A stretch of DNA of 32,000 nt from Mycobacterium alsense (GTDB lineage: Bacteria > Actinomycetota > Actinomycetes > Mycobacteriales > Mycobacteriaceae): contig NZ_MVHD01000004.1 of NCBI RefSeq assembly GCF_002086635.1, positions 12,259 to 44,258 of the forward strand, in the 5' to 3' direction. A program made the translations under genes and the position numbers. Shown here in pieces: positions 1 to 7,812 of the stretch; positions within the stretch are counted from its first letter, which is position 1, and the number at the start of each line of letters is the position of its first letter. The notes beneath the pieces were generated by a model that was not told where the DNA came from, did not search any database, and saw only the letters and a list, made by a program, of their open reading frames with translations.

Positions 1-918
1 CCGCTCGGATTATCGCGCCGGCCAAAGGATTTGGCGACCAAGCAGGCCGCCGCCAGCGTGGGGCAGGTGTCGCTGTTGAACTCGTGGAGCGCGGCGTTCG
101 CCCGCTACGGCCGCACGGTCGGGCAGGTGCTGCTGACCGCGCACGACATCTCCGTGCGCGCCTCGCACACCAACGCCCAGCGCACCCTGGACCGGCTGCG
201 CGCGCTGCACGCGGTCGCGATCGTCAACGAGAACGACACGGTGGCCACCAACGAGATCCGGTTCGGCGACAACGATCGGCTGTCGGCGCTGGTGGCCCAC
301 CTGGTCGGGGCGGAGGCGTTGGTGCTGCTGTCCGACATCGACGGGCTCTACGATGCCGATCCGCGGAAGGCGAGGGGCCGGGTGCCCGCCAGGTTTATCG
401 CCGAGGTGTCCGGCGCGGCGGACCTGGACGGCGTGGTGGCCGGTCCGGGCAGCGACCTGGGCACCGGCGGGATGGCTTCGAAGGTGTCGTCGGCGCTGCT
501 GGCCGCCGACGCGGGGGTCCCGGTGCTGCTGGCCGCGGCCGCCGACGCCGCGGTCGCCCTCACCGACGCCTCCACCGGCACGGTGTTCGCCGCGCGGCCG
601 CAGCGGATGTCGGCCCGCCGGTTCTGGGTGCGCTATGCCGCCGAGGCGACCGGCTCGCTGACGCTGGACGAGGGCGCGGTGCGCGCCGTGGTGGGGCAGC
701 GGCGCTCGCTGCTGGCCGCGGGCGTCACCACGATCGCAGGCCGCTTCTACGCGGGGGACGTCGTCGAGTTGCGCGGTCCGGACGCGGAGATGATCGCCCG
801 GGGGGTGGTGGCCTACGACGCCACCGAGCTGGCCACCATGATCGGCCGCTCGACCGCCGAGCTGCCCGGCGAGCTGCGCCGCCCCGCGGTACACGCCGAC
901 GACCTGGTCGCCGTCTAA
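1..918 (+). CDS. proB: Glutamate 5-kinase, 5'-truncated by the window edge (kinase C-terminal half plus PUA domain)
   Basis: Frame 1 is open from base 1; the track's start at 31 is an internal TTG. The translation contains [36 protein letters not shown] and a PUA-like tail (VVELRGPD...IARGVVAYD). Stop is TAA at 916-918. Confidence 0.9.
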   Translation, partial: PLGLSRRPKDLATKQAAASVGQVSLLNSWSAAFARYGRTVGQVLLTAHDISVRASHTNAQRTLDRLRALHAVAIVNENDTVATNEIRFGDNDRLSALVAHLVGAEALVLLSDIDGLYDADPRKARGRVPARFIAEVSGAADLDGVVAGPGSDLGTGGMASKVSSALLAADAGVPVLLAAAADAAVALTDASTGTVFAARPQRMSARRFWVRYAAEATGSLTLDEGAVRAVVGQRRSLLAAGVTTIAGRFYAGDVVELRGPDAEMIARGVVAYDATELATMIGRSTAELPGELRRPAVHADDLVAV

Positions 919-920
919 CG

Positions 921-980
921 GCGAGCAGACGCAGAATCGCACGATTCGTTCTTCGAACGTGCGATTCTGCGTCTGCTCGC
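921..980. terminator. Perfect 23-bp inverted repeat (921-943 / 958-980) between the convergent proB and TetR genes; candidate bidirectional intrinsic terminator
   Basis: GCGAGCAGACGCAGAATCGCACG pairs perfectly with CGTGCGATTCTGCGTCTGCTCGC. The 14-nt centre adds a further 4 bp (TTCG/CGAA). It starts 3 nt after the proB stop and ends 17 nt before the TetR stop. There is no U-tract. Confidence 0.6.
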
Positions 981-996
981 GGTAGGTGGCGCGCTA

Positions 997-1644
997 TCAG
1001 TCGGGCGAGATGGGCTTGAGATACAGCGCGCCCCAAATGATTTGGGCCAGCGCCTCGGCGAGCTCGGCGTCGTATGACTCCGGCGCCGCCGGAAGGTTCT
1101 GATGGCACGCGCGCTCCACCATCCAGGTCAGCGCGCTGGCCGTGGCGGCCGTGGGCAGCTCGGGGCGGATGGAGCCGTCGGCCTTGCCGTCCTCGATGAC
1201 CCGGGTGACCCGCCCGGTGATGGCGGTCAACAGGTTTCGATAGGTCGCCGCGACCAGGGGGTCGTAACCGGCCATCTCGTTCAGCGCGACGAGCACCGGC
1301 TGGTGGCGGCGGTAGCCCGCGACGATCGCCGTCGTCGCGGCGCGGACGTCGTCGGGGTCGTGCCGCCACGCCACGCTCCACCAGCGATCCCCGCTGTCGG
1401 CGAGATCGCCGAACACCTGACCGGCCAGGCGGCGCAGCAGGTGGCCCTTGTCCTCGAAGTAGATGTAGAAGCTGGCCCGCGAGATGCCGGCCTCGCTCGA
1501 GAGCCGGTCCACGCTGAGCTCGGTGAAACTTGCCCCGGCGCGCATCAGTCGCTCGGTGGCGTCGAGCAGCCGGCGCTCCATCTGCTCGCGCCGCTGCTGG
1601 CGGCCCCGGTCGCGGGGCTGCGCTTTGCGCGTGACCGACGGCAT
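997..1644 (-). CDS. TetR/AcrR-family transcriptional regulator
   Basis: 215-aa ORF with an N-terminal HTH (SFTELSVDRLSSEAGISRASFYIYFEDK). It is divergent from the P450 gene, and a palindromic operator candidate lies in the shared intergenic region. Confidence 0.9.
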   Translation of the reverse strand: MPSVTRKAQPRDRGRQQRREQMERRLLDATERLMRAGASFTELSVDRLSSEAGISRASFYIYFEDKGHLLRRLAGQVFGDLADSGDRWWSVAWRHDPDDVRAATTAIVAGYRRHQPVLVALNEMAGYDPLVAATYRNLLTAITGRVTRVIEDGKADGSIRPELPTAATASALTWMVERACHQNLPAAPESYDAELAEALAQIIWGALYLKPISPD

Positions 1645-1662
1645 CCGACCAGCTTAGCCGAC

Positions 1663-1703
1663 TGTCAGACATATTGACTAGACATAGTGTCTAGGCATAG
1701 GGT
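1663..1703. promoter_or_regulatory. Candidate TetR operator(s) embedded in a candidate P450 promoter
   Basis: Two palindromes: TGTCAGACA (1663-1671) and CTAGACA-TAG-TGTCTAG (1678-1694, perfect 7-bp arms). AGACATA is repeated at 1667 and 1680. On the + strand, TTGACT (1674-1679), an 18-nt spacer and TAGGGT (1698-1703) resemble -35/-10 elements. The large palindrome fills that spacer. Confidence 0.45.
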
Positions 1704-1731
1704 CGGGGTCGGCTTCACCGGGAGGGCTCCT

Positions 1732-2991
1732 ATGACAGCTATGGCCGGCACGGCACGTGCCTACGACGCGATCGACCTGTCCTCACGCGCGTTCTGGTCG
1801 ACGACGGCCGCGCGGCGGGAGCGCTCGTTCGCGGTGCTGCGCGCCGAGCGCCCGGTGAGCTGGCACCCTCCGGTGGAAGACGCCCTGATGCAGGACCCCG
1901 ACGACCCCGGCTATTGGGCGGTCACCCGGCGCGCCGACATCGTCAAGGTCAGCCGCAACAACGAGGTGTTCCTGTCCGGCCGGGGCGTGATGTTCGAGAG
2001 CATTCCCCAGGAGTTGCTCGAGGCCTCGCAGTCGTTCCTGGCGATGGACCCGCCGCGGCACACAGTGCTGCGCAAGCTGGTCAGCGCCGCGTTCACCCCG
2101 CGCCAGGTCCGCCGGATCGAGGATTCGATCCAGGCCAACGCCAAGCGCATCGTCGAGGAGCTCGCCGCGGCGGGCAGCGGCGCGGATTTCGTGCAGCACT
2201 GCGCCAAGGAGCTGCCGATTCGCACGCTGTCGGACATGGTCGGCATCCCGGAATCCGAGCGCGAGCGGGTGGCGCACGCCGCCGAGGCCGCGGTGTCGTG
2301 GGCCGACCCGCAGTCGATGGCGGGGCGCGATCCGCTCGAGGTGCTGGTGGAAAACCAGCTGTACCTGCATCAGGTGGCCGGCGCGCTCGCCGCGGAGCGC
2401 CGCGAGAACCCCGGCGACGACCTGTTCAGCGGGCTGGTGAACGCCGAGGTCGACGGCGACCGGCTCACCGACGCCGACGTGGCCGCCTTCTTCGTGCTGC
2501 TCTCGGTGGCCGCGAACGACACCACTCGGCAGACCACCAGCCACGCGCTGAAGGCGCTCACCGACTTTCCCGACCAGCGGGCCTGGCTGATGGAGGATTT
2601 CGACAATCGGATCGGCACCGCGGTGGAGGAATTCATTCGCTGGGCGACCCCGGTGATGACGTTCCGACGCACGGCCGCAACGGATTTCGAGCTCGGCGGC
2701 CAGACGATCCGGGCCGGCGAGAAAGTGGTGATGTTCTATTCGTCGGGCAACTGGGACACCGACGCGTTCGAGCGCCCGGACCGCTTCGATCTGAGCCGCA
2801 GCCCCAACCCGCACCTCGGCTTCGGCGGCGGCGGGGTGCACTTCTGCCTCGGGGCGCACGTGGCCCGCGCCCAACTTCGCGCGATCACCGGCGAGCTGCT
2901 TCGGCAGCTGCCGGACATCCGGGCGGGCGAGCCGTCCTATGTGGCGGGCAATTTCATCCACGCCATCCGCAGCATGCCCTGCACGTTCTAG
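1732..2991 (+). CDS. Cytochrome P450 monooxygenase
   Basis: Heme-thiolate loop FGGGGVHFCLG, ExxR motif (EEFIR) and I-helix AANDTT. I prefer ATG 1732, which is preceded by GGGAGGG at 1720-1726, over the track's GTG 1687, which lies inside the operator palindrome. Confidence 0.9.
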   Translation: MTAMAGTARAYDAIDLSSRAFWSTTAARRERSFAVLRAERPVSWHPPVEDALMQDPDDPGYWAVTRRADIVKVSRNNEVFLSGRGVMFESIPQELLEASQSFLAMDPPRHTVLRKLVSAAFTPRQVRRIEDSIQANAKRIVEELAAAGSGADFVQHCAKELPIRTLSDMVGIPESERERVAHAAEAAVSWADPQSMAGRDPLEVLVENQLYLHQVAGALAAERRENPGDDLFSGLVNAEVDGDRLTDADVAAFFVLLSVAANDTTRQTTSHALKALTDFPDQRAWLMEDFDNRIGTAVEEFIRWATPVMTFRRTAATDFELGGQTIRAGEKVVMFYSSGNWDTDAFERPDRFDLSRSPNPHLGFGGGGVHFCLGAHVARAQLRAITGELLRQLPDIRAGEPSYVAGNFIHAIRSMPCTF

Positions 2992-3881
2992 GCCAACGCA
3001 CTGGCCAGCTCGGTGGCCAGCAGCGTCATCAATTCCGAGCAGCCGCCGTCGACCTTCACGGTGGCCAGATCGTCGCCGCGGGTGGGACCGCGGTTGACGA
3101 TGGCGATCGGCATGTCCCGCGCCGCGGCGTGGCGCACGAACCGGTAGCCGGAGAACACGGTCAGCGACGAGCCGGCGACCAACAGCGCGTCGGCCCCCTC
3201 GATAATTGAATATGCGGTTGCCACAACGTCTTTGGCCACATTCTCACCGAAGTAGACGATGTCCGGCTTGAGCATGCCGCCGCAGCGCGGGCAGTCCAGG
3301 TACACGAACGAGGCGGTGTCGGAGACCATGGCGTCGGCGTCGGGGGCCACCGCCAGCCCGCCCACCGCCTCGGCCCGTTCGATGAATCCCGGGTTGAGCT
3401 GCTCGAGGCATTCGGCCAGCGCGGCGCGGCTCATGCCGTGGCCGCAGCCCAGGCAGACCACGCGCGCATAGGTGCCGTGCAGGTTGACGACGTTGCGGCT
3501 GCCGGCCTTGGTGTGCAGCAGGTCGACGTTCTGCGTGATCACGCCGGTCACCACCGACGCGCGCTCGAGCGCGGCCAGGGCGCGGTGCCCGGCGTTGGGC
3601 AGGGTGTCGTCCATGTGCCGCCACCCGACGTGGTTGCGCGCCCAATACCGCTGCCGGAACAGCGGATCCGAGGTGAACTGGCGGATGGTCATGGGATTGC
3701 TCGGCGGCGAATCGGGGCCCCGATAGTCGGGGATGCCGGAGTCGGTGGAGATCCCCGCACCGGTCAGCACCGCGACCCGGCGCCCGGCCAGCAGCCCGAC
3801 CAGCTCCGGCGATTCGGCGCGGCGGGTCACGCGTCCGAGGGTAGCCCTCCGCCGCGAGCGGCCGTGTCGGTACGGGGACAC
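2988..3881 (-). CDS. Sir2-family NAD-dependent protein deacylase (class-II/SIRT4-like motifs)
   Basis: GAGISTDSGIPDYRG, TQNVDLLH, catalytic His in NLHGT, and a Zn ribbon CLGC...CPRC. The track ORF runs to 4385, but its first 168 codons are R/P-rich and overlap the upstream gene. GTG 3881 is the first canonical start after that gene's stop; GTG 3830 is the alternative. Confidence 0.85.
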   Translation of the reverse strand: MSPYRHGRSRRRATLGRVTRRAESPELVGLLAGRRVAVLTGAGISTDSGIPDYRGPDSPPSNPMTIRQFTSDPLFRQRYWARNHVGWRHMDDTLPNAGHRALAALERASVVTGVITQNVDLLHTKAGSRNVVNLHGTYARVVCLGCGHGMSRAALAECLEQLNPGFIERAEAVGGLAVAPDADAMVSDTASFVYLDCPRCGGMLKPDIVYFGENVAKDVVATAYSIIEGADALLVAGSSLTVFSGYRFVRHAAARDMPIAIVNRGPTRGDDLATVKVDGGCSELMTLLATELASALA

Positions 3882-3922
3882 GCCGATGAGGCCGGCAGTT
3901 TGCGGGCGCTCGCGCCCGATCG

Positions 3923-4461
3923 TCAGCCCAGGCAGTCGGCGGCGGTGGTGAGCTCGGCGGACATGTTCTGTTCCATCATCCGCAGCGCCGCCCCGCCCAA
4001 GTCGGCGTCGATGTGCGCGACGGCGTCGGTGGGGATCACGACGGGGAAGTGGCGCACGTAGGCGTCGAGCGCGGTGTAGAGGATGCACTGCTCGGTGACC
4101 TGGCCGGTCAGGATCAACCGCTTGGTCTCCAGGCGGCCGAGCAGGTACGCCAGCGCGGTCGCGTAGAAGGCGCTGTGGCGGACCTTGGTCAGCACGCGGC
4201 AATCCTCGGACGGCAGGATCGGCTTGACCAGATCTGGCCGCGCGCCGTCGACCGCCGAGCGGACGATGTCGGAGAACTGGGCGGTGAAGTCGCCGTAGTT
4301 GTCGTTGACGTAGACGAGGTCGACGCCGCCGGCGTCGCGGGCCCGGCGGATCAGACCGGCCAGGGGTTCGATGATTTTCCCACATTGGGTATCAGTTCCT
4401 CGGCGTCGGGATGCTGATAGGTGTTCATCATGTCGACCACGACGACGGCGGTATCGCTCAT
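3923..4461 (-). pseudogene. Isochorismatase-family cysteine hydrolase, split by an apparent 1-nt frameshift at 4375-4381
   Basis: The N-terminal 29 codons (ATG 4461; MSDTAVVVVDMMNTYQHPDAEELIPNVGK, carrying the family's catalytic-Asp strand) are in one frame. The remainder (IIEPLAGL...KVRHSAFY...LTGQVTEQCIL, carrying the Lys and Cys of the D-K-C triad) is in the -1 frame and ends at TGA 3923-3925. Joined, they give about 179 aa, a normal length for the family. Confidence 0.65.
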
Positions 4462-4530
4462 GCTGGTGGGGGTACCCCGCGGCGACAACTTGACAACCGT
4501 CCGGCGACAATGAACGACAATGGAAGGGCC

Positions 4531-6585
4531 ATGACTTCTCACCAGGGCTTCTACAACAGCTACGGCCAGGGTTTCGTGCGCGTCGCCGCGTGCACGCACC
4601 ACACCACCATCGGTGATCCGGCGGCCAACGCGGAGTCCGTGCTGCGGTTGGCCCGCGAATGCCACGACGACGCCGTCGCCGTGGCCGTCTTCCCGGAGCT
4701 GACGCTGTGCGGCTACTCCATCGACGACATCATCCTGCAGGACCTGTTGCTCGACGACGTCGAACGCGCCATCGCCGACATCGTCGCCGCGTCGGCCACG
4801 CTGCTGCCGGTGCTGGTCGTCGGCGCCCCGCTGCGCCACCGGCAGCGCATTTACAACACCGCGGTGGTGATCCACCGCGGCACGGTGCTCGGCGTGGCGC
4901 CGAAGTCGTACCTGCCCACCTACCGGGAGTTCTACGAGCGCCGCCAGATCGCGCCCGGCGACGACGAGCGCGGCGTCATCCGCATCGACTCGATCGAGGC
5001 CCCGTTCGGTCCCGACCTGCTGTTCGCCGCGTCCGATCTGCCGGACTTCGTCCTGCATGTGGAAATCTGCGAGGACATGTTCGTGCCGATCCCGCCCAGC
5101 GCGGAGGCGGCGCTGGCGGGCGCGACCGTGCTGGCCAACCTGTCCGGCAGCCCGATCACGATCGGCCGCGCCGAGGATCGTTGCCTGCTGGCGCGCTCGG
5201 CTTCGTCGCGGTGCCTGGCCGCCTACGTGTACGCCGCGGCGGGGGAGGGCGAGTCGACGACGGACCTGGCGTGGGACGGCCAGACCATGGTGTGGGAAAA
5301 CGGCGTGCAGCTGGCCTCCTCCGAGCGCTTCCCGAAGGGGGAGCGGCGCAGCGTCGCCGACGTCGACCTGGAGCTGCTGCGTTCCGAGCGGCTGCGGATG
5401 GGCACCTTCGACGACAACCGGCGCCACCACCGCGCGACGGCGGAGTCGTTCCGGCGCATCGAGTTCCGGCTCGACCCCCCGGGCGGCGACATCGGGCTGC
5501 GCCGTGAGATCGAGCGCTTCCCGTTCGTGCCGGCCGATCCGCAACGCCTGGAACAGGATTGCTACGAGGCCTACAACATCCAGGTCGCCGGGCTTGCGCA
5601 GCGGTTGCGCGCGCTGGACTACCCGAAGGTGGTCATCGGGATCTCCGGCGGCCTGGACTCGACGCACGCGCTGATCGTCGCCGCGCGCGCCATGGACCGC
5701 GAGGAGCGGCCGCGCAGCGACATCCTGGCCTTCACGCTGCCCGGCTTCGCGACGGGGGACCGCACCAAACGCAACGCGATCGAGCTGTGCCGCGCGCTCG
5801 GGGTCACCTTCTCCGAAATCGACATCACCGAGACCGCGGCGCTGATGCTGAAGGAGATCGACCACCCGTTCGCACGCGGCGAGAAGGTCTACGACGTCAC
5901 CTTCGAAAACGTCCAGGCCGGCCTGCGCACCGACTACCTGTTCCGGCTGGCCAACCAGCGCGGGGGCATCGTGCTGGGCACCGGCGACCTCTCCGAGCTG
6001 GGGCTGGGTTGGTCCACCTACGGGGTCGGCGACCAGATGTCGCATTACAACGTCAACGGCGGCGTGCCCAAGACCCTGATCCAGCACCTGATCCGCTGGG
6101 TGATCTCCTCCGGCCAGTTCGAATCCGAGGTCTGCGAGGTGCTGCGGTCGGTGCTGGACACCGAGATCACCCCGGAGCTCGTCCCCAGCGGCGAAGAAGA
6201 GGAGCTGCAGAGCAGCGAGGCGAAGGTCGGACCCTTTGCCCTGCAGGACTTTTCGCTGTTCCACGTGCTGCGCTTCGGGTTCCGGCCGTCGAAGATCGCC
6301 TTCCTGGCGTGGCACGCGTGGAGCGACCCCGAGGGGGGCAACTGGCCGCCGGGGTTCCCCGAGGACAAGCGGCCGGCCTACTCGCTGAAGGAAATTCGGC
6401 ACTGGCTGCAGGTTTTCGTGCAGCGGTTCTACTCGTTCAGCCAGTTCAAGCGCTCGGCCCTGCCCAACGGCCCCAAGGTGTCGCACGGGGGCGCGCTGTC
6501 GCCGCGCGGGGATTGGCGCGCGCCGTCGGACATGTCCGCGCGCATCTGGCTCGACGAGATCGACCGCGAGGTGCCCGAGGAGTAG
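4531..6585 (+). CDS. nadE: Glutamine-dependent NAD+ synthetase (N-terminal CN-hydrolase glutaminase domain plus C-terminal PP-loop synthetase domain)
   Basis: [29 protein letters not shown] and VEICEDMF (glutaminase E/C residues), and ISGGLDST (SGGxDS PP-loop). Chosen start is ATG 4531, preceded by GGAAGGG. The track ORF start at 4411 and the in-frame ATG 4510 are less likely. Confidence 0.93.
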   Translation: MTSHQGFYNSYGQGFVRVAACTHHTTIGDPAANAESVLRLARECHDDAVAVAVFPELTLCGYSIDDIILQDLLLDDVERAIADIVAASATLLPVLVVGAPLRHRQRIYNTAVVIHRGTVLGVAPKSYLPTYREFYERRQIAPGDDERGVIRIDSIEAPFGPDLLFAASDLPDFVLHVEICEDMFVPIPPSAEAALAGATVLANLSGSPITIGRAEDRCLLARSASSRCLAAYVYAAAGEGESTTDLAWDGQTMVWENGVQLASSERFPKGERRSVADVDLELLRSERLRMGTFDDNRRHHRATAESFRRIEFRLDPPGGDIGLRREIERFPFVPADPQRLEQDCYEAYNIQVAGLAQRLRALDYPKVVIGISGGLDSTHALIVAARAMDREERPRSDILAFTLPGFATGDRTKRNAIELCRALGVTFSEIDITETAALMLKEIDHPFARGEKVYDVTFENVQAGLRTDYLFRLANQRGGIVLGTGDLSELGLGWSTYGVGDQMSHYNVNGGVPKTLIQHLIRWVISSGQFESEVCEVLRSVLDTEITPELVPSGEEEELQSSEAKVGPFALQDFSLFHVLRFGFRPSKIAFLAWHAWSDPEGGNWPPGFPEDKRPAYSLKEIRHWLQVFVQRFYSFSQFKRSALPNGPKVSHGGALSPRGDWRAPSDMSARIWLDEIDREVPEE

Positions 6586-6600
6586 GACGGCCCGGCCCGC

Positions 6601-7008
6601 TCAGGCCTTGGCGCGGCGCCAGCCCTGATACTGCAACTCGGCGAACAACAGCGTGTAGGCGCCGGAAGCCAACGTGATGACCACGCCGGCGGCGGTCAAC
6701 GGGAAGACGTCGGCGAGCACCAGGACGACGGCGGCCACCGTGTAGAGCAGGTTGGCGACGACGACCCCCATCCCGACGCGGCGCACGGACGGCAGCGCGG
6801 CCAGGCCGAAGACCACCAGCCCGTAGGTGATCAAAAACGCGGCCATGCCGTACTCGAACGATCTCGTGGTACCCGACAGCTCGGCGAGCCGGCCGGCGAA
6901 GGGCGCCCCGACGAGGCCGCCGAGTCCGCTGATGGCGGCGTCGGCGCGCATCGCGAAGCGAAGCAGCCCGTCGCGGGTGTGGGTGCGGTCAATGGTGATG
7001 GCGGACAT
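6601..7008 (-). CDS. Small integral membrane protein of unknown function (about 4 predicted hydrophobic helices)
   Basis: 135 aa from ATG 7008, preceded by GAAAGGA. The hydrophobic segments are typical of conserved mycobacterial membrane proteins. It occupies the position of Rv2437 in the M. tuberculosis gene order, as I recall it. Confidence 0.7.
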   Translation of the reverse strand: MSAITIDRTHTRDGLLRFAMRADAAISGLGGLVGAPFAGRLAELSGTTRSFEYGMAAFLITYGLVVFGLAALPSVRRVGMGVVVANLLYTVAAVVLVLADVFPLTAAGVVITLASGAYTLLFAELQYQGWRRAKA

Positions 7009-7130
7009 GGTTTTCCTTTCTCGATCGCTGACACCACGTTGGTCGCAAACCGCTGCCAACTCGACGCCGCCCGCTGCCAGTTACTGCCAACCGCAGGTCA
7101 GCGACCATGAAGGCGACGCGGGAACGGCCG

Positions 7131-7796
7131 CTAGCGAATCAGCCCGACCCCGGGAACGAACCGCCCCACGCTGGCGGCGTATTCGCGATAGGCCTCGCCG
7201 TGCGTTCGCAACAGGTGGGGCTCCTCGACGCGACGGACCTGCAGCTCGATCGTGGCGACGAGGAGGACGAGGCCGGCGAGGGCGACGACGTTCGGCGTCA
7301 CCAGCGCGATGCCGATTCCGAACGTGAACATGGCGGTGTAGATGGGGTTGCGTATCCGGCCGAACACGCCGGTGTGCACGAGCGTGGTCGTCTCCCTCGT
7401 ATCCACGCCGATCCGCCAGGAATCGCCCATCTCGAGTTGCGCGTACACCGTCGCCGCGATGCCGACCGTCGCCACCACGATGCCGATGGTCTGGACCCAG
7501 ACCTCGTTCAGCACGCGGACCGGTTGAACCGCCTCGATCTCCTGCAGAATCGGGGCGCTGACCGCCACCGCGAGGGCGACCACAAAGCCGACCCCGGCGA
7601 CGCGTTCCAGCCAACCGCCGGTGCTGATGCCGCGGAACCCGGTCGAGCCGGTGCGGCGATACTGCAGCCAACTGCGCCAGCCGAAACCGAGCACGCCGAA
7701 TATCGCGAAGAGTACGAGGGCCATGTCGGCGGCGGCGGTCGCCGGCATGCACGTTCCCGTGACCGTTTCCATGACCGTTCCCAGGACCGCAGTCAT
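7131..7796 (-). CDS. Isoprenylcysteine carboxyl methyltransferase (ICMT/PEMT)-family membrane methyltransferase
   Basis: LVHTGVFGRIRNPIYTAM and EEPHLLRTHGEAYREYAASVGRFVPG match the ICMT-family C-terminal signature, and the N-terminus is multi-TM. ATG 7796 lies 16 nt downstream of the rbsK stop. The track start at 7913 would overlap rbsK. Confidence 0.8.
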   Translation of the reverse strand: MTAVLGTVMETVTGTCMPATAAADMALVLFAIFGVLGFGWRSWLQYRRTGSTGFRGISTGGWLERVAGVGFVVALAVAVSAPILQEIEAVQPVRVLNEVWVQTIGIVVATVGIAATVYAQLEMGDSWRIGVDTRETTTLVHTGVFGRIRNPIYTAMFTFGIGIALVTPNVVALAGLVLLVATIELQVRRVEEPHLLRTHGEAYREYAASVGRFVPGVGLIR

Positions 7797-7812
7797 CGCC
7801 AGCGAGGTTACC

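Noticed and set aside
2988-3881. Sir2 protein as an anti-phage defence effector (Thoeris ThsA, DSR or SIR2-HerA type)
   Set aside because: It has the full sirtuin deacylase signature with a Zn ribbon and catalytic His, and a normal size of about 300 aa. It has no fused sensor (SLOG, TM or helicase) domain and no HerA, ThsB or pAgo-like partner nearby. It reads as a housekeeping-type class-II sirtuin.
3882-4385. N-terminal 168-codon extension of the sirtuin ORF (track start 4385)
   Set aside because: The extension is R/P-rich (RRRRRRPRLRQRQLRR...) and overlaps the whole hydrolase gene in another frame. The Sir2 Rossmann motif begins shortly after GTG 3881.
4351-6486. 711-aa minus-strand ORF antisense to nadE
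   Set aside because: The translation is Arg/Gly/Pro/Ala/Val-rich with no recognisable motif, and it exactly shadows the well-supported nadE frame. This is a typical high-GC antisense artefact. Only its last 36 codons (4351-4461) are real, as the N-terminus of the frameshifted hydrolase.
7040-7107. Three CTGCCA(A/G) repeats flanked by TGGTCGC / GCGACCA in the gap between the ICMT-like gene and the small membrane-protein gene
   Set aside because: The motifs are short (6-7 nt) and expected fairly often in GC-rich DNA. I could not build a convincing terminator or operator from them. The region is probably just a weak terminator/promoter region.
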